NCBI GenBank assembly: GCA_002315855.1
Contig: DCIG01000013.1
Coordinates: forward strand, 1,522-65,521
DNA from: Lentisphaeria bacterium UBA1732
GTDB lineage: Bacteria; Verrucomicrobiota; Lentisphaeria; Victivallales; UBA1829
Length of the DNA: 64,000 nucleotides
Direction: 5' to 3'
The position numbers were made by a program, and so were the translations under genes. The stretch's first letter is position 1; each line of letters opens with the position of its first letter. The notes below the pieces were generated by a model. It was not told the origin of the DNA. It worked only from the letters and a program-made list of their open reading frames with translations, and searched no databases. This document shows, one piece after another, positions 36,876 to 46,462 of the stretch.

Positions 36876-38852
36876 TCAGCCGATGGGAGTACCCGGAGCA
36901 AATTCGCCGCCATCCACCGTAACCAGTTTCAAGCCGCTTTCATTTTTTGCGGCGAGAAGCATTCCGCGGGATTCAAAACCGCCGATTACGGCAGGCGCCA
37001 GATTGGCGACCACGATGATGGTGCGCCCGATCAGTTCTTCCGGCTTGTAATATTCGGCGATACCGGCGACAAGCTGACGCTGTTCAGTGCCCAGGTCGAT
37101 TTTCAGTTTCAGCAGACGCGTCTTGTTCGGGATGTGTTCTGCTTCCAGAATTTTCGCCGTCTTCAACTGAGTCTTGAAGAACTGGTCAATGCTGATCAGA
37201 CCTTCCGGCAGTTCCACGGGAGCTTTTTCCTTTTTCGACTTTGCGTCTTTCGCCTTTTCCTCCTTCTTCGGAGCGGGGGCGGCGGCCTTTTCGGCACAGC
37301 ACGGTTCCAGCTGAATACGCGGGAAAAGCGGCGGCAAATCGGTCATCTTGGAACCGGGCTTCACGTCTTCGCCGTTCTTCAACGATGCCAGATCTGTCTT
37401 ATTGACGGCATCTTCCGAAAGCCCGATGGAGCGGCGCAAATCCGCCATCTTTTCCGGCATGACGGGGAACAGCAGGCCACTGACCACCGCCAGCACATGG
37501 GTTGCGGTATACAGCACGGAACCGAGTCTCGCCGTATTTCCGGCCTTTGCCAAAGCCCATGGAGCCGTAACTTCAAAATACTTGTTGGTTTCGCGGACCA
37601 CATTGATGGCGGCGGCGATACCGCGGTCAAGTTTCATCTGACGCAGGTTCTGTTCAAATTCATCGATTGCAGCCTGTGTTTTTGCCAGAATATCGCGGTC
37701 AATGTCTTCCAGTTCGCCCGCTTCCGGAATCACACCGTCAAAATTCTTGACGGTCAGCTTCACCACGCGGGAAACCAGGTTGCCCAAATCGTTTGCCAGA
37801 TCATTGTTGAAGCGTTTTGCAAAACTTTCTTCGGAGAAAGACGCATCGTTGCCGGGCGTCATTTCCGCCAGCAGGAAGTAACGGAACGCATCCACGCCGT
37901 AGCGGTCTGCCATATCCATCGGATTGACCACGTTGCCGACGGATTTGCTCATCTTTCCACCGCCGACCAGCCACCAGCCGTGGGCGAAAATCGTTTTCGG
38001 CATTGGCAGGTTCATGGCTTTCAGCATAGTAGGCCAGTACACCGTATGAGTGGTCAGAATATCTTTTCCGATCAGGTGCATACAGCCTTTCCAGTAACGC
38101 CGGAACATTTCATCATTGGCCAGATATCCGATTGCCGAAGCATAGTTCAGCAGGGCGTCAAACCACACATAGCACACATAGTCCTTGTCGAACGGCAGAT
38201 CGATTCCCCATGCCATGCGGGATTTCGGACGGGAAATGCAGAGATCGCCCAGCGGCTTTTTCAGGAATCCCAGCGTTTCGTTCGCACGGAATGCAGGCTG
38301 GATGAAATCAGGATGTTCGTTGATGTATTGAATCAGCCAGTCCTGATACTGACTCATGCGGAAGAAGTAGTTGCTCTCGACAATCGGCTCGGTCGGTCTC
38401 TTGCAGTCCGGGCAGCAGTTCCCGTCCACCAGGTCTTTTTCCGTGAAGAAGCGTTCGCACGGGACGCAGTAATGCCCTTCGTATTCGGATTTGTAAATCA
38501 GGTCGCGGTCATACAGGTCCTGCAATACTTTCTGCACGATGTCTTTATGGCGGGGTTCCGTGGTGCGGATGAAGTCGTTATTGGAGATTCCGAGGCGTTT
38601 CCAGAGTTCCTGGAAGCGGACCACGGTCTCGTCGCACTGCTGAATCGGCGTGATTCCGTTCTTGATTGCGGCTTTTTCCACTTTCTGTCCGTGCTCATCG
38701 GTGCCGGTCAGGAACCATGTATCATCTCCGGCGGCGCGGTGGCATCGAGCCAGCACGTCTGCCAGCACGGTCGTGTAGGCATGACCGATATGCGGCTTGT
38801 CGTTCACATAATAAATCGGCGTTGTTACATAAAAGGTATCCATTTTCTGCAT
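36876..38852 (-). CDS. metG: Methionine--tRNA ligase with C-terminal tRNA-binding (EMAP/Trbp111-like) domain
   Basis: HIGH region PIYYVNDKPHIGHAYT, KMSKS region KMSKSVGNVV, a zinc knuckle CVPCERF...CPDC, and a C-terminal OB-fold tail. Confidence 0.95.
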   Translation of the reverse strand: MQKMDTFYVTTPIYYVNDKPHIGHAYTTVLADVLARCHRAAGDDTWFLTGTDEHGQKVEKAAIKNGITPIQQCDETVVRFQELWKRLGISNNDFIRTTEPRHKDIVQKVLQDLYDRDLIYKSEYEGHYCVPCERFFTEKDLVDGNCCPDCKRPTEPIVESNYFFRMSQYQDWLIQYINEHPDFIQPAFRANETLGFLKKPLGDLCISRPKSRMAWGIDLPFDKDYVCYVWFDALLNYASAIGYLANDEMFRRYWKGCMHLIGKDILTTHTVYWPTMLKAMNLPMPKTIFAHGWWLVGGGKMSKSVGNVVNPMDMADRYGVDAFRYFLLAEMTPGNDASFSEESFAKRFNNDLANDLGNLVSRVVKLTVKNFDGVIPEAGELEDIDRDILAKTQAAIDEFEQNLRQMKLDRGIAAAINVVRETNKYFEVTAPWALAKAGNTARLGSVLYTATHVLAVVSGLLFPVMPEKMADLRRSIGLSEDAVNKTDLASLKNGEDVKPGSKMTDLPPLFPRIQLEPCCAEKAAAPAPKKEEKAKDAKSKKEKAPVELPEGLISIDQFFKTQLKTAKILEAEHIPNKTRLLKLKIDLGTEQRQLVAGIAEYYKPEELIGRTIIVVANLAPAVIGGFESRGMLLAAKNESGLKLVTVDGGEFAPGTPIG

Positions 38853-38861
38853 CCTTTCGTT

Positions 38862-40601
38862 TCAGTCTGCGTACTTTGCAAGCTCTGCGCGAACTTTTTC
38901 GGCAACCACTGCGGCGACCTGATCCAGTGGAATCATTTCCGTATCGCGGCTTGCACGGGTGCGGACTTCTGCCACTCCCGCCGCCATCGACTTCGGCGTA
39001 ACAATCACGCGGAACGGAATCCCCAGCAAATCGGCATCATTGAATGCGAATCCCGCCTTTTCACCGCGGTCGTCGTACAGTGTTTCGATGCCCAGCTTGT
39101 TTAATTCCTGATAAATCTCTTCCGCCTTTTCGCCCACGCCGTCTTTGCCCGGCTGGAGAGCCAGCAGGTTTACATGGTACGGGGCAATCGAAATCGGCCA
39201 GATCGGACCGTAATCGTCATGATTGTCCTCGATAACCGATGCCAGTGTGCGCCCGACGCCGATTCCGTAGCAGCCCATCCACATCGGTTTGGATTTCCCG
39301 TCTTTGTCCAGGAAGTTCACTTTCATGGACTTGGAATACTTCAGTCCCAGCTGGAAAATGTTGCCGATTTCGATACCGTGCTTGAAAACAAGCGGTTCGC
39401 CGGTAACGGGGCAAGGATCGCCCGGTCGCACACAGGCCACATCCACGATGGTTCCTTCCGTCAGATCGCGACCGTAATTGAAGTTTTTGTAGTGCGTGTC
39501 CGGTGCATTCGCTCCGACTACGAGGTTGCTGCTGCCCGCGATGGACGGGTCGATGATGAAACGGCACTTGCCGGGGATTTCTTTCAGTCCGACGGGCGAA
39601 GCATAGCCGGGGACTGCCCCGATTGCCCGGATTTGATCATCCGTTGCAAACTTGATGTCATTTGCCTTGACTGCATTTTTCAGCTTGCACTCGTTGACTT
39701 CAAAATCGCCGCGAATCAGCACGAAGATGAGTTCGCCCTGATCGGTGCTGTAGAATACTGCCTTCCCTGTCCGGTCTGCGCTTACACCCAGAAATTCGCC
39801 GACTTCTTCAATCGTCTTTTTCCCAGGAGTCATCACTTGTTCCAGCGGGAGTTCTTCGCCGCTCTTTTCAAATTTCAGACCGGAAACGGCTACTTCGCGG
39901 TTCGCCTTGTAGCTCTTGCCGTCCGGAGACAGGAATATATTGTCTTCCCCGCAGTCCGCCAGAAGCATGAATTCATGGGACACGCTTCCCCCCATCATGC
40001 CGGTGTTGGACAGAATGGACACCACATGGGTCATGCCCACGCGGCGGAAAATGCGTTCGTATGCTTCATGAACTCTCCAGTAGTATTGGTCCAGATCTTC
40101 CGGCGTGGTGTGGAAACTGTATGCGTCCTTCATCGTAAATTCACGGACGCGGAGCAGACCGGCGCGCGGTCTGGCTTCGTCGCGGTACTTGGTCTGAAGC
40201 TGATAAACCATCATCGGCAGCTGTTTGTAGCTGTTGATTTCGGTGCGGGCGATTTGGCAGCACGCTTCTTCGTGGGTCATGTTCAGGACCATTGCCTTGT
40301 CGTTGCGGTCTTTGAATCGCAGCAGTTCCGCCCCCACGGTTTCGTAACGTCCCGATTCCATCCACAAATCCGCCGGCGATACGACCGGCATCAGAACTTC
40401 CTGACCGTCCACTCGGTTCATTTCTTCGCGGATAATCGCTTCGATTTTGTCATTGATGCGCTTGCCCATCGGCAAAAGCGTGAATATCCCGGCGGACACC
40501 TGACGTGCATAACCGCCGCGAATCAGAAATTTATGACTTGCTGTTGTTGCTTCTGCCGGATCTTCTTTAATCCGCATTCCGAATAAACGCGACATTTTCA
40601 T
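38862..40601 (-). CDS. proS: Proline--tRNA ligase (bacterial type with INS editing domain)
   Basis: Class II motifs and an insertion domain are present. The ATG at 40601 is preceded by GAGGTG; the ORF-track start at 40625 is a TTG. Confidence 0.93.
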   Translation of the reverse strand: MKMSRLFGMRIKEDPAEATTASHKFLIRGGYARQVSAGIFTLLPMGKRINDKIEAIIREEMNRVDGQEVLMPVVSPADLWMESGRYETVGAELLRFKDRNDKAMVLNMTHEEACCQIARTEINSYKQLPMMVYQLQTKYRDEARPRAGLLRVREFTMKDAYSFHTTPEDLDQYYWRVHEAYERIFRRVGMTHVVSILSNTGMMGGSVSHEFMLLADCGEDNIFLSPDGKSYKANREVAVSGLKFEKSGEELPLEQVMTPGKKTIEEVGEFLGVSADRTGKAVFYSTDQGELIFVLIRGDFEVNECKLKNAVKANDIKFATDDQIRAIGAVPGYASPVGLKEIPGKCRFIIDPSIAGSSNLVVGANAPDTHYKNFNYGRDLTEGTIVDVACVRPGDPCPVTGEPLVFKHGIEIGNIFQLGLKYSKSMKVNFLDKDGKSKPMWMGCYGIGVGRTLASVIEDNHDDYGPIWPISIAPYHVNLLALQPGKDGVGEKAEEIYQELNKLGIETLYDDRGEKAGFAFNDADLLGIPFRVIVTPKSMAAGVAEVRTRASRDTEMIPLDQVAAVVAEKVRAELAKYAD

Positions 40602-40689
40602 GGGATTCACCTCATTGTTCCACAATGCCGTCCTCCACGTTTGGCAACGGACATTATGTGCTTGTTTCTGTTAAAAAAATACAACCAAT

Positions 40690-40717
40690 AATATACAACT
40701 CTCCCGTACTTTTTCAA
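40690..40717 (-). promoter_or_regulatory. Sigma-70-like promoter of proS-metG
   Basis: On the minus strand: TTGAAA, 16 nt, TATATT, about 80 nt upstream of the proS ATG. Confidence 0.5.
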
Positions 40718-40808
40718 GCTATTTTCCGAGAATCCCCCTTTATTTATTTAGATACGCGCGTAGGAACACACGCACACGCCCGAAAGAAACACTCCGTTCT
40801 TCGGAAAC

Positions 40809-41186
40809 TCAATGCGGTGCCAGAAGCGTAAACGGATACCACGGCAGATTTCTCAGAAACATGAAGCCAAGCAGCACAAACAGTATCGTATACGCCACAA
40901 CAGGCTTCAATGTCAGCCGGTGCCAAATCAGCAGGCATACGATTGTCAGCACCGCCGGGATGAACAGAATATTCTGGGAAAAACTCTCTGCAAAATCCCC
41001 GTGAAGCAGGGCCGCCAATGCACGCGTATTTCCGCATCCGGGACAATACAGACCCGTTACTTCATGGAAGATGCACGGAGGCCAGAATCGGTATTGGGTC
41101 GGCGGGAAACAGTAGAGCAGGACTGCAAGTCCCGCCGCAGCCGCCCCGCCTGCACCGCAAAGAGCAATTTTCAGCTTTTTCGACAT
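40809..41186 (-). CDS. DUF2752-family membrane protein
   Basis: The hallmark TGLYCPGCGNTRA motif is followed by TM helices. Confidence 0.75.
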   Translation of the reverse strand: MSKKLKIALCGAGGAAAAGLAVLLYCFPPTQYRFWPPCIFHEVTGLYCPGCGNTRALAALLHGDFAESFSQNILFIPAVLTIVCLLIWHRLTLKPVVAYTILFVLLGFMFLRNLPWYPFTLLAPH

Positions 41187-41281
41187 ATTTTATCTGTTTT
41201 GCCCTGTTGAATCAATCAGCCCGTAATTGATTTCCGCTGCCCCGCGATGGCTGCCCCTGTGCAAATCTTCCTTGAAATGTT

Positions 41282-41800
41282 TTATTGTTCAGAAGATGCC
41301 CCGTTTTGAGGGACTTGCGTTTCCTGAACGATTTGTGATTCTTCCAAGACGATTACATCGTTTCCGCATTCTTCCTCTTCCTCCTCCATTTCGTCGTAAA
41401 CGATGCCGTCCGAATCAAAACGGTGTTCTACTTGATTTACCCCGAAAGTAAACAGCACAATTGCAATCGCAAAAATAACAAGATATCCCGCTAATCCAAG
41501 CCCGAATGCAAGCCACATCCATTTCTTCGCTGTCTTTGCCTCTTGAATAGCCTCGTCCGCACGATTCAGAGATGCCAGCGTTGCCACCTTGGCAGAATGG
41601 ATTAAAGACACCACCCCGAAGATGTTGCAGCAGAACAGGGTAACCAGAATCGAGCCGACCAGCCCGCTGGAAAGATTGATCGTTTCCTGTTTGTTTTGAA
41701 TTTGAGACCGGACTGTCTCTTCTTTGACCGCTTTCCCGCAAGACGGACAGAATTCTGCATCCGCCTGTGTGATTTCATATCCGCAATGTTTGCAAAACAT
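41282..41800 (-). CDS. Zinc-ribbon / CD225 (dispanin-like) membrane protein with acidic C-terminal tail
   Basis: N-terminal MFCKHCGYE...CPSCG zinc ribbon. CD225-type segment LFCCNIFGVVSLIHSAKV...AKKWMW. An AGGAGG RBS is present. Confidence 0.7.
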   Translation of the reverse strand: MFCKHCGYEITQADAEFCPSCGKAVKEETVRSQIQNKQETINLSSGLVGSILVTLFCCNIFGVVSLIHSAKVATLASLNRADEAIQEAKTAKKWMWLAFGLGLAGYLVIFAIAIVLFTFGVNQVEHRFDSDGIVYDEMEEEEEECGNDVIVLEESQIVQETQVPQNGASSEQ

Positions 41801-41815
41801 AATTCCTCCTGCCCG

Positions 41816-42232
41816 TTATGAATGAAGAAGTTGTCGAATAAATTCATGAAACTGTGTGGATTTCCCCAAATAATACGGCAGACTTTGAATAAAACCCCAA
41901 AGCAGTCCGATTAAAATCCCGATCCATGCCAGTATCTTTGCCATTTTCGCGCTGTGTTTTGCCTCTTCAATCATTCCGCTTTCCGCATAAATGGACACTC
42001 TCGCGGCGAAAACCACCGCCGCTATCCCAAGCGGAGGACAGCAGCAAATGGTCGCGATAACCGCAGGAGCCATCCCGTCATTGATGGTAACCGGAGGCGG
42101 CGGAACAGGACGGACTTGCTCGTTTTCAGACATTTCAGCACTTGCCGTCCGGGCATTCCCCGTTGGGGTGCCGCAGACCGGACATTGCACCGTCCCTTCG
42201 TCGAATTTTTGACCGCATTGTTTGCAGAACAT
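41816..42232 (-). CDS. Zinc-ribbon / CD225 (dispanin-like) membrane protein
   Basis: MFCKQCGQ...CPVCG zinc ribbon. CD225-type segment ICCCPPLGIAAVVFAARV...AKILAWIG. The ATG at 42232 has an AAGGAG RBS. Confidence 0.7.
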   Translation of the reverse strand: MFCKQCGQKFDEGTVQCPVCGTPTGNARTASAEMSENEQVRPVPPPPVTINDGMAPAVIATICCCPPLGIAAVVFAARVSIYAESGMIEEAKHSAKMAKILAWIGILIGLLWGFIQSLPYYLGKSTQFHEFIRQLLHS

Positions 42233-42269
42233 TTTGTTTCTCCTTTTGAATTTTGCTCTTTGATGGGAT

Positions 42270-42644
42270 TCAGTCAAGGATGATGCTGATTAGAATGAAC
42301 AGCATGGTAAACAGCATGGACAGTACGCCGAATACGATACCGATCCACGCATGAAAACGCGATGAACGGTTCGGGTGCTCCCGGTCGGATTCCAGGGCCA
42401 TAATCCCGCAGGTCAATGCCGGAATACCCACAGGAGGTCCGCACAGAATCGAAGCAACCCCAAGATAATATGCCCAGATTGCATATTTGTTCGGGGGCAG
42501 CACGAGGTCGAGTCCCGCATCATTGCAAACCACTTTTGGCGGTATCGGCTTGTCATCGGATGCCGCATTCTGCAATTCTTCACCGCAGTGAATACAGAAT
42601 CGTGCATCCGCTTCATTTTCTTTCCCGCATGATGAACAGAACAT
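42270..42644 (-). CDS. Zinc-ribbon / DUF4190-like membrane protein
   Basis: MFCSSCGKEN...CIHCG zinc ribbon, followed by two TM helices (GVASILCGPPVGIPALTCGIMAL, AWIGIVFGVLSMLF). Confidence 0.65.
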   Translation of the reverse strand: MFCSSCGKENEADARFCIHCGEELQNAASDDKPIPPKVVCNDAGLDLVLPPNKYAIWAYYLGVASILCGPPVGIPALTCGIMALESDREHPNRSSRFHAWIGIVFGVLSMLFTMLFILISIILD

Positions 42645-42671
42645 CTTTTTGAACTCTCCGGTTGATTATAG

Positions 42672-42716
42672 GAGCTGTTTTCAAAAATCATTGGCGAATG
42701 AATTTGAAATCAGCTC
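42672..42716. promoter_or_regulatory. Inverted pair of the recurrent motif (GAGCTGTTTTCAAA ... TTTGAAATCAGCTC)
   Basis: 14-nt arms with one mismatch and a 16-nt spacer, 28 nt upstream of the ATG at 42644. Confidence 0.4.
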
Positions 42717-42897
42717 ACGGAAGCACTCTGAAAATACTCTTTGCCCCGCGGAATCCGTAATCCGCAGAAAACAAAACAATACTTCGCCCTATATTTTACA
42801 CCGTCCCGTTCAAAAATTCAAGAATAAAGTTGAAAAAAATCAAAAATCAGGACACAGAAATCCCATCTTTGGGAAAAGAATGTTTTTTCAGGAAATC

Positions 42898-43719
42898 TTA
42901 TTTCCCTTGCAGAAATTCCGCCATCTTGACAAACTGTTCCACGGTAACCCGTTCCGCTCGAATATCGGGGTCCACATCCGCTTCTGCCATCGCCGCACGA
43001 ACGGAATCCGCATCAAATACGGCGGCAATCTGTTTGAACATTTTTTTGCGGCGGTGGGCAAAACCCGTTCGCGTCAGTTTGGAAAGTGTCTGGCGCACGG
43101 TCTGCGGCAGAATATTGTCGCGCCGTTTCAAGGCAAGCAGTGCCGAATCCACCCCCGGCACGGGGAAGAATACTTCCGGCGGCACGTTGCGCACGATCTG
43201 CCCCTCGTAGGATGCCAGAATCCGCACGGAAAGCGAAGAATAGTCATCCGTTCCCGGCTCTGCGATGAAGCGCATGGCAACTTCTTTCTGGAGCATCAGC
43301 AGAAAATCGGTCGGCGGATTTTCCAGTTCCAGCAGTTTGGTTACGACGATTGTTCCGGCGCTGTACGGCAAATTGGAAATCACGCGGAAATCCTGCCCCT
43401 GGTACAGTTCCTGATAATCCACGCGGCAGGCGTCCGCCTCGATGAGTTTCACGCCCAGCGGCGCAATCGCGGAACGCAGATAGGCTGCCAGTTTGCGGTC
43501 AAACTCAATCGCAGTCAGTTCACAGCCGGATGCCGCCAGTCCGCGCGTCAAAGCGCCGAATCCCGGTCCGACCTCCAGAATCTTCTGTCCCGCCTGCGGT
43601 GCCGCTTCCCGCACAATCAAGGTCAGAAACTGCTCATCAATCAAAAAGTTTTGTCCCAGTTTCTTGCTGGGTGCAACCCCAAGATGTTCCATTAAGGATT
43701 TCAGTTCGTTTTTGGTCAT
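42898..43719 (-). CDS. rsmA: 16S rRNA (adenine1518/1519-N6)-dimethyltransferase
   Basis: KKLGQNFLIDEQF and the SAM motif ILEVGPGFGALT. Confidence 0.92.
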   Translation of the reverse strand: MTKNELKSLMEHLGVAPSKKLGQNFLIDEQFLTLIVREAAPQAGQKILEVGPGFGALTRGLAASGCELTAIEFDRKLAAYLRSAIAPLGVKLIEADACRVDYQELYQGQDFRVISNLPYSAGTIVVTKLLELENPPTDFLLMLQKEVAMRFIAEPGTDDYSSLSVRILASYEGQIVRNVPPEVFFPVPGVDSALLALKRRDNILPQTVRQTLSKLTRTGFAHRRKKMFKQIAAVFDADSVRAAMAEADVDPDIRAERVTVEQFVKMAEFLQGK

Positions 43720-43833
43720 GACAATTGGATTCCTTGAGCTGTTTTCGATTGGTTGTGCGCTCCGGCTTGAAATTCTTTGCGCAGTCGGCGGACAGGGTGA
43801 TGTGTACCTGCAAATGACGGTCAGCGGACTTTT

Positions 43834-44109
43834 TTATCGCTGATAGGGGCATCCGTCAATGCTTGCATCGCCTTGTATTTTGCGGTCAGGCTCTCCGTAT
43901 TTCGCATGGAGCTGATCTCGGTTTTTGTTCAAACGCCCTGACGGACAGCTCGCAAATTCGGTTTTGACCCGTGCCGCAAATCGCGACAGAATGCGTTTCA
44001 CATTCCCCGAATGACATGCCGGACACTCCGGTTCCGCAATTTCCGAACTTATATGCAAAATTTCAAAGCGTTTTTCACACTCGTTGCAGATATATTCATA
44101 AAGCGGCAT
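43834..44109 (-). CDS. FmdB-family (CxxC_CxxC_SSSS) zinc-ribbon protein
   Basis: MPLYEYICNECEKRFE...CPACHS. The ATG at 44109 lies 1 nt after the corA-like stop codon. Confidence 0.7.
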   Translation of the reverse strand: MPLYEYICNECEKRFEILHISSEIAEPECPACHSGNVKRILSRFAARVKTEFASCPSGRLNKNRDQLHAKYGEPDRKIQGDASIDGCPYQR

Positions 44110-44110
44110 A

Positions 44111-45037
44111 TCAATGCCTTTCAAAACGCTTGATGAGCCAGTATACGAAGAATGCAAGCCCTGCCATCAGAATGAAAAATGCCGGGAAGAAGATATACCA
44201 GTTTTCCGCTCCGCAAATCATCGTCAGTTCGCTCATGCCGAATACCCCCGTGAAAAACGTCGGTATCGACACCGCGATCACGATTGCATTCATATTCTTC
44301 ATCAGCACGTTCAGGTTGTTGTTGATGATACCCGCTCGCGCGTCCACCAGCGAAGACAGAACCTGTGAATTGACTTGTGCCTGATCAAGGAACTGATGAT
44401 TTTCGATTTGCAGGTCTTCCAGCAGTTCCAGATTTTCCTCGGTGAATTGGAAGCGGTACGCGCTGGCGCGCATTCGTTCCAGCACGCGGCGGTTCCCGCT
44501 CAGCGCATTCACGTAGTAAACAAGGCTTTTTTCCAGCGTGAACATATCCAGAAGACTGCTGCTGTCGTAAGTTTCATTCAGCTGGGTTTCGATTTCTTCA
44601 CTGCACATGTTGATTACGCGCAAGTGGCTCTCGAAATGCCGGATGGTCTGCGCCAGTGCGCGCAGAAGCACATCCTGAATAGTGTACACCTTCGTGGCGA
44701 TTTTCCCCGTAAATAATTGAAGCTCATCATCTACCACAATGACGACTCTGTCCGGAAAAAGAAAAATACCCATGGACTTCACGCGGAACAGAAAATTATC
44801 ATCCGCGGAATAGTTCTTCGGGTATTTGATGATGATCGCCGTGTAGTTGTCCTCGAATTCAATTCGGGGAGTTTCGTCGGTGTCGATGGAGGAGGCCAGA
44901 GTATGATGATCGATTCCGAGCACTTCCGTCAGATACGTTTGCTCTTCCGGTTCAGGAAGAATGTAAATATCGACCGGGATGGTGCCGCCGCCGGAATGTG
45001 CGATACGACCGTCGGAGACAGAGAAGCATTTCTTCAT
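44111..45037 (-). CDS. CorA-family divalent cation channel with GMS in place of the canonical GMN motif
   Basis: A cytosolic domain is followed by two C-terminal TM helices. The signature region reads IPTFFTGVFGMSEL. Confidence 0.75.
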   Translation of the reverse strand: MKKCFSVSDGRIAHSGGGTIPVDIYILPEPEEQTYLTEVLGIDHHTLASSIDTDETPRIEFEDNYTAIIIKYPKNYSADDNFLFRVKSMGIFLFPDRVVIVVDDELQLFTGKIATKVYTIQDVLLRALAQTIRHFESHLRVINMCSEEIETQLNETYDSSSLLDMFTLEKSLVYYVNALSGNRRVLERMRASAYRFQFTEENLELLEDLQIENHQFLDQAQVNSQVLSSLVDARAGIINNNLNVLMKNMNAIVIAVSIPTFFTGVFGMSELTMICGAENWYIFFPAFFILMAGLAFFVYWLIKRFERH

Positions 45038-45070
45038 ACTGAGGCCCTCCGGGAGTTATCTGATTGAAAA

Positions 45071-46153
45071 TCAGTTGTTCTTCTTGAATTCAGCCATGAA
45101 TTCGGTCAGGCGTTCAATGCCCTCGAACGGAGTGGCATTGTAGATGCTGGCGCGAATGCCGCCGGCGGAACGATGGCCCTTCAGACCGAGCATTCCGGCT
45201 GCGAGAGATTCTTTGACGAACTTCGCTTCCAGTTCTTCGCTCGGAAGACGGAACACAACGTTCATCTTGGAACGGCTGCACGGGCAAACAGGCGAATGAT
45301 AGTAGCCGTCGCTGTTGTCGATGGCTTCGTACAGTGCGGCTGCCTTGCGGTTGTTTTCCTTTTCCAGCACTTCCAGTCCGCCCATTTCCTTGACCCAGTT
45401 GGTGATCAGACCGAACATGTAGATGCCGAAAGTCGGCGGGGTATTGTACAGTGAGTTATTGTCGATATAGGTGCTGTAACGGAGCATGGTCGGCACGTTG
45501 GCCGGTGTGCGTTCCGCCAGATCCTTGCGGATGATGCAGACTGCCACGCCGCTGGGACCGAGGTTCTTCTGTGCTCCGGCATAAATCATGCCGAACTTGG
45601 AAACATCAATCTTGCGGGACATAATATCGCTGGACATATCAGCAATCATCGGTACGCTGGCCGGGCATTCCGGGAAAGACTGGAACTGGGTGCCGTAGAT
45701 GGTGTTGTTCGAAGTGATGTGGAAATAGGCGGCGTCTTCATCAACCTTCATTTCGCTGACTTCAGGAATATACGTATACTTGTCTTCCTTGCTGGAGGCA
45801 ATCACTTTCACATCGCCGAACAGCTTGGCTTCCTTGATTGCCTTGGAGGACCATGTACCGGTATCGGCAAACTCCATCGGCTTCCCGGGAATTGCCAGGT
45901 TCATCGGAATCATGGCAAACTGCATACTTGCACCACCCTGAATGAATACCACGGAGTGCGTTTCCGGAATGCCCATGATGTCGCTGAAATTCTGAATTGC
46001 ATTGGCAAGAATTTCATCAAAAAGTTTATTGCGATGGGAGTGTTCCATGATTCCCACGCCGCTGCCGCGGTAATCGCAGAATTCTTTTTGTGCCTGTTCC
46101 ATAACGGCCTTCGGCAATGCCGCCGGCCCCGCATTGAAGTTGAAAATGCGCAT
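45071..46153 (-). CDS. serC: Phosphoserine aminotransferase
   Basis: N-terminal FNFNAGPAALP, and a PLP-lysine region YAGAQKNLGPSG. Confidence 0.92.
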   Translation of the reverse strand: MRIFNFNAGPAALPKAVMEQAQKEFCDYRGSGVGIMEHSHRNKLFDEILANAIQNFSDIMGIPETHSVVFIQGGASMQFAMIPMNLAIPGKPMEFADTGTWSSKAIKEAKLFGDVKVIASSKEDKYTYIPEVSEMKVDEDAAYFHITSNNTIYGTQFQSFPECPASVPMIADMSSDIMSRKIDVSKFGMIYAGAQKNLGPSGVAVCIIRKDLAERTPANVPTMLRYSTYIDNNSLYNTPPTFGIYMFGLITNWVKEMGGLEVLEKENNRKAAALYEAIDNSDGYYHSPVCPCSRSKMNVVFRLPSEELEAKFVKESLAAGMLGLKGHRSAGGIRASIYNATPFEGIERLTEFMAEFKKNN

Positions 46154-46395
46154 TTTCTTTCTCCATGGTGTTTAAGGCTCTCTCCGCTTCGTTCATTCTG
46201 CGGATTCACCTCGTTGAATATCGGATACCGAATCGATTTAAGTATCCTGCATTGTAAACGGAATATCATATAATATACACCCGTTTCAGATGTTATGCAA
46301 GCTAAAATAACACGCTGTCTCCGATTTTCCATGCTTTTCAGGGATTTGCCTTGCTTTCCTCCTCGTTTCTTCACTTTTACCGAAAAACTTATCCC

Positions 46396-46432
46396 AAAAA
46401 AACGGACTGCATCGTTTCTGACACAGTCCGTT
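46396..46432 (-). terminator. Rho-independent terminator after araA
   Basis: The 9-bp stem aacggactg/cagtccgtt is followed on the minus strand by T7. Confidence 0.7.
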
Positions 46433-46462
46433 CTTTTTCATCGGTTTACAGATGGAAACAAC

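Noticed and set aside
36222-39104. A 960-aa plus-strand ORF.
   Set aside because: It is antisense to the kamA-like gene, metG and the end of proS. It crosses two intergenic gaps and is Arg/Phe/Gln-rich low complexity.
40602-40625. Extension of proS from a TTG at 40625.
   Set aside because: The ATG at 40601 is preceded by GAGGTG at proper spacing and gives the canonical MKMSRLF... N-terminus.
42672-42716. The motif inverted repeat considered as the rsmA terminator.
   Set aside because: It lies about 180 nt downstream of the rsmA stop, and no T-run follows it on the minus strand.
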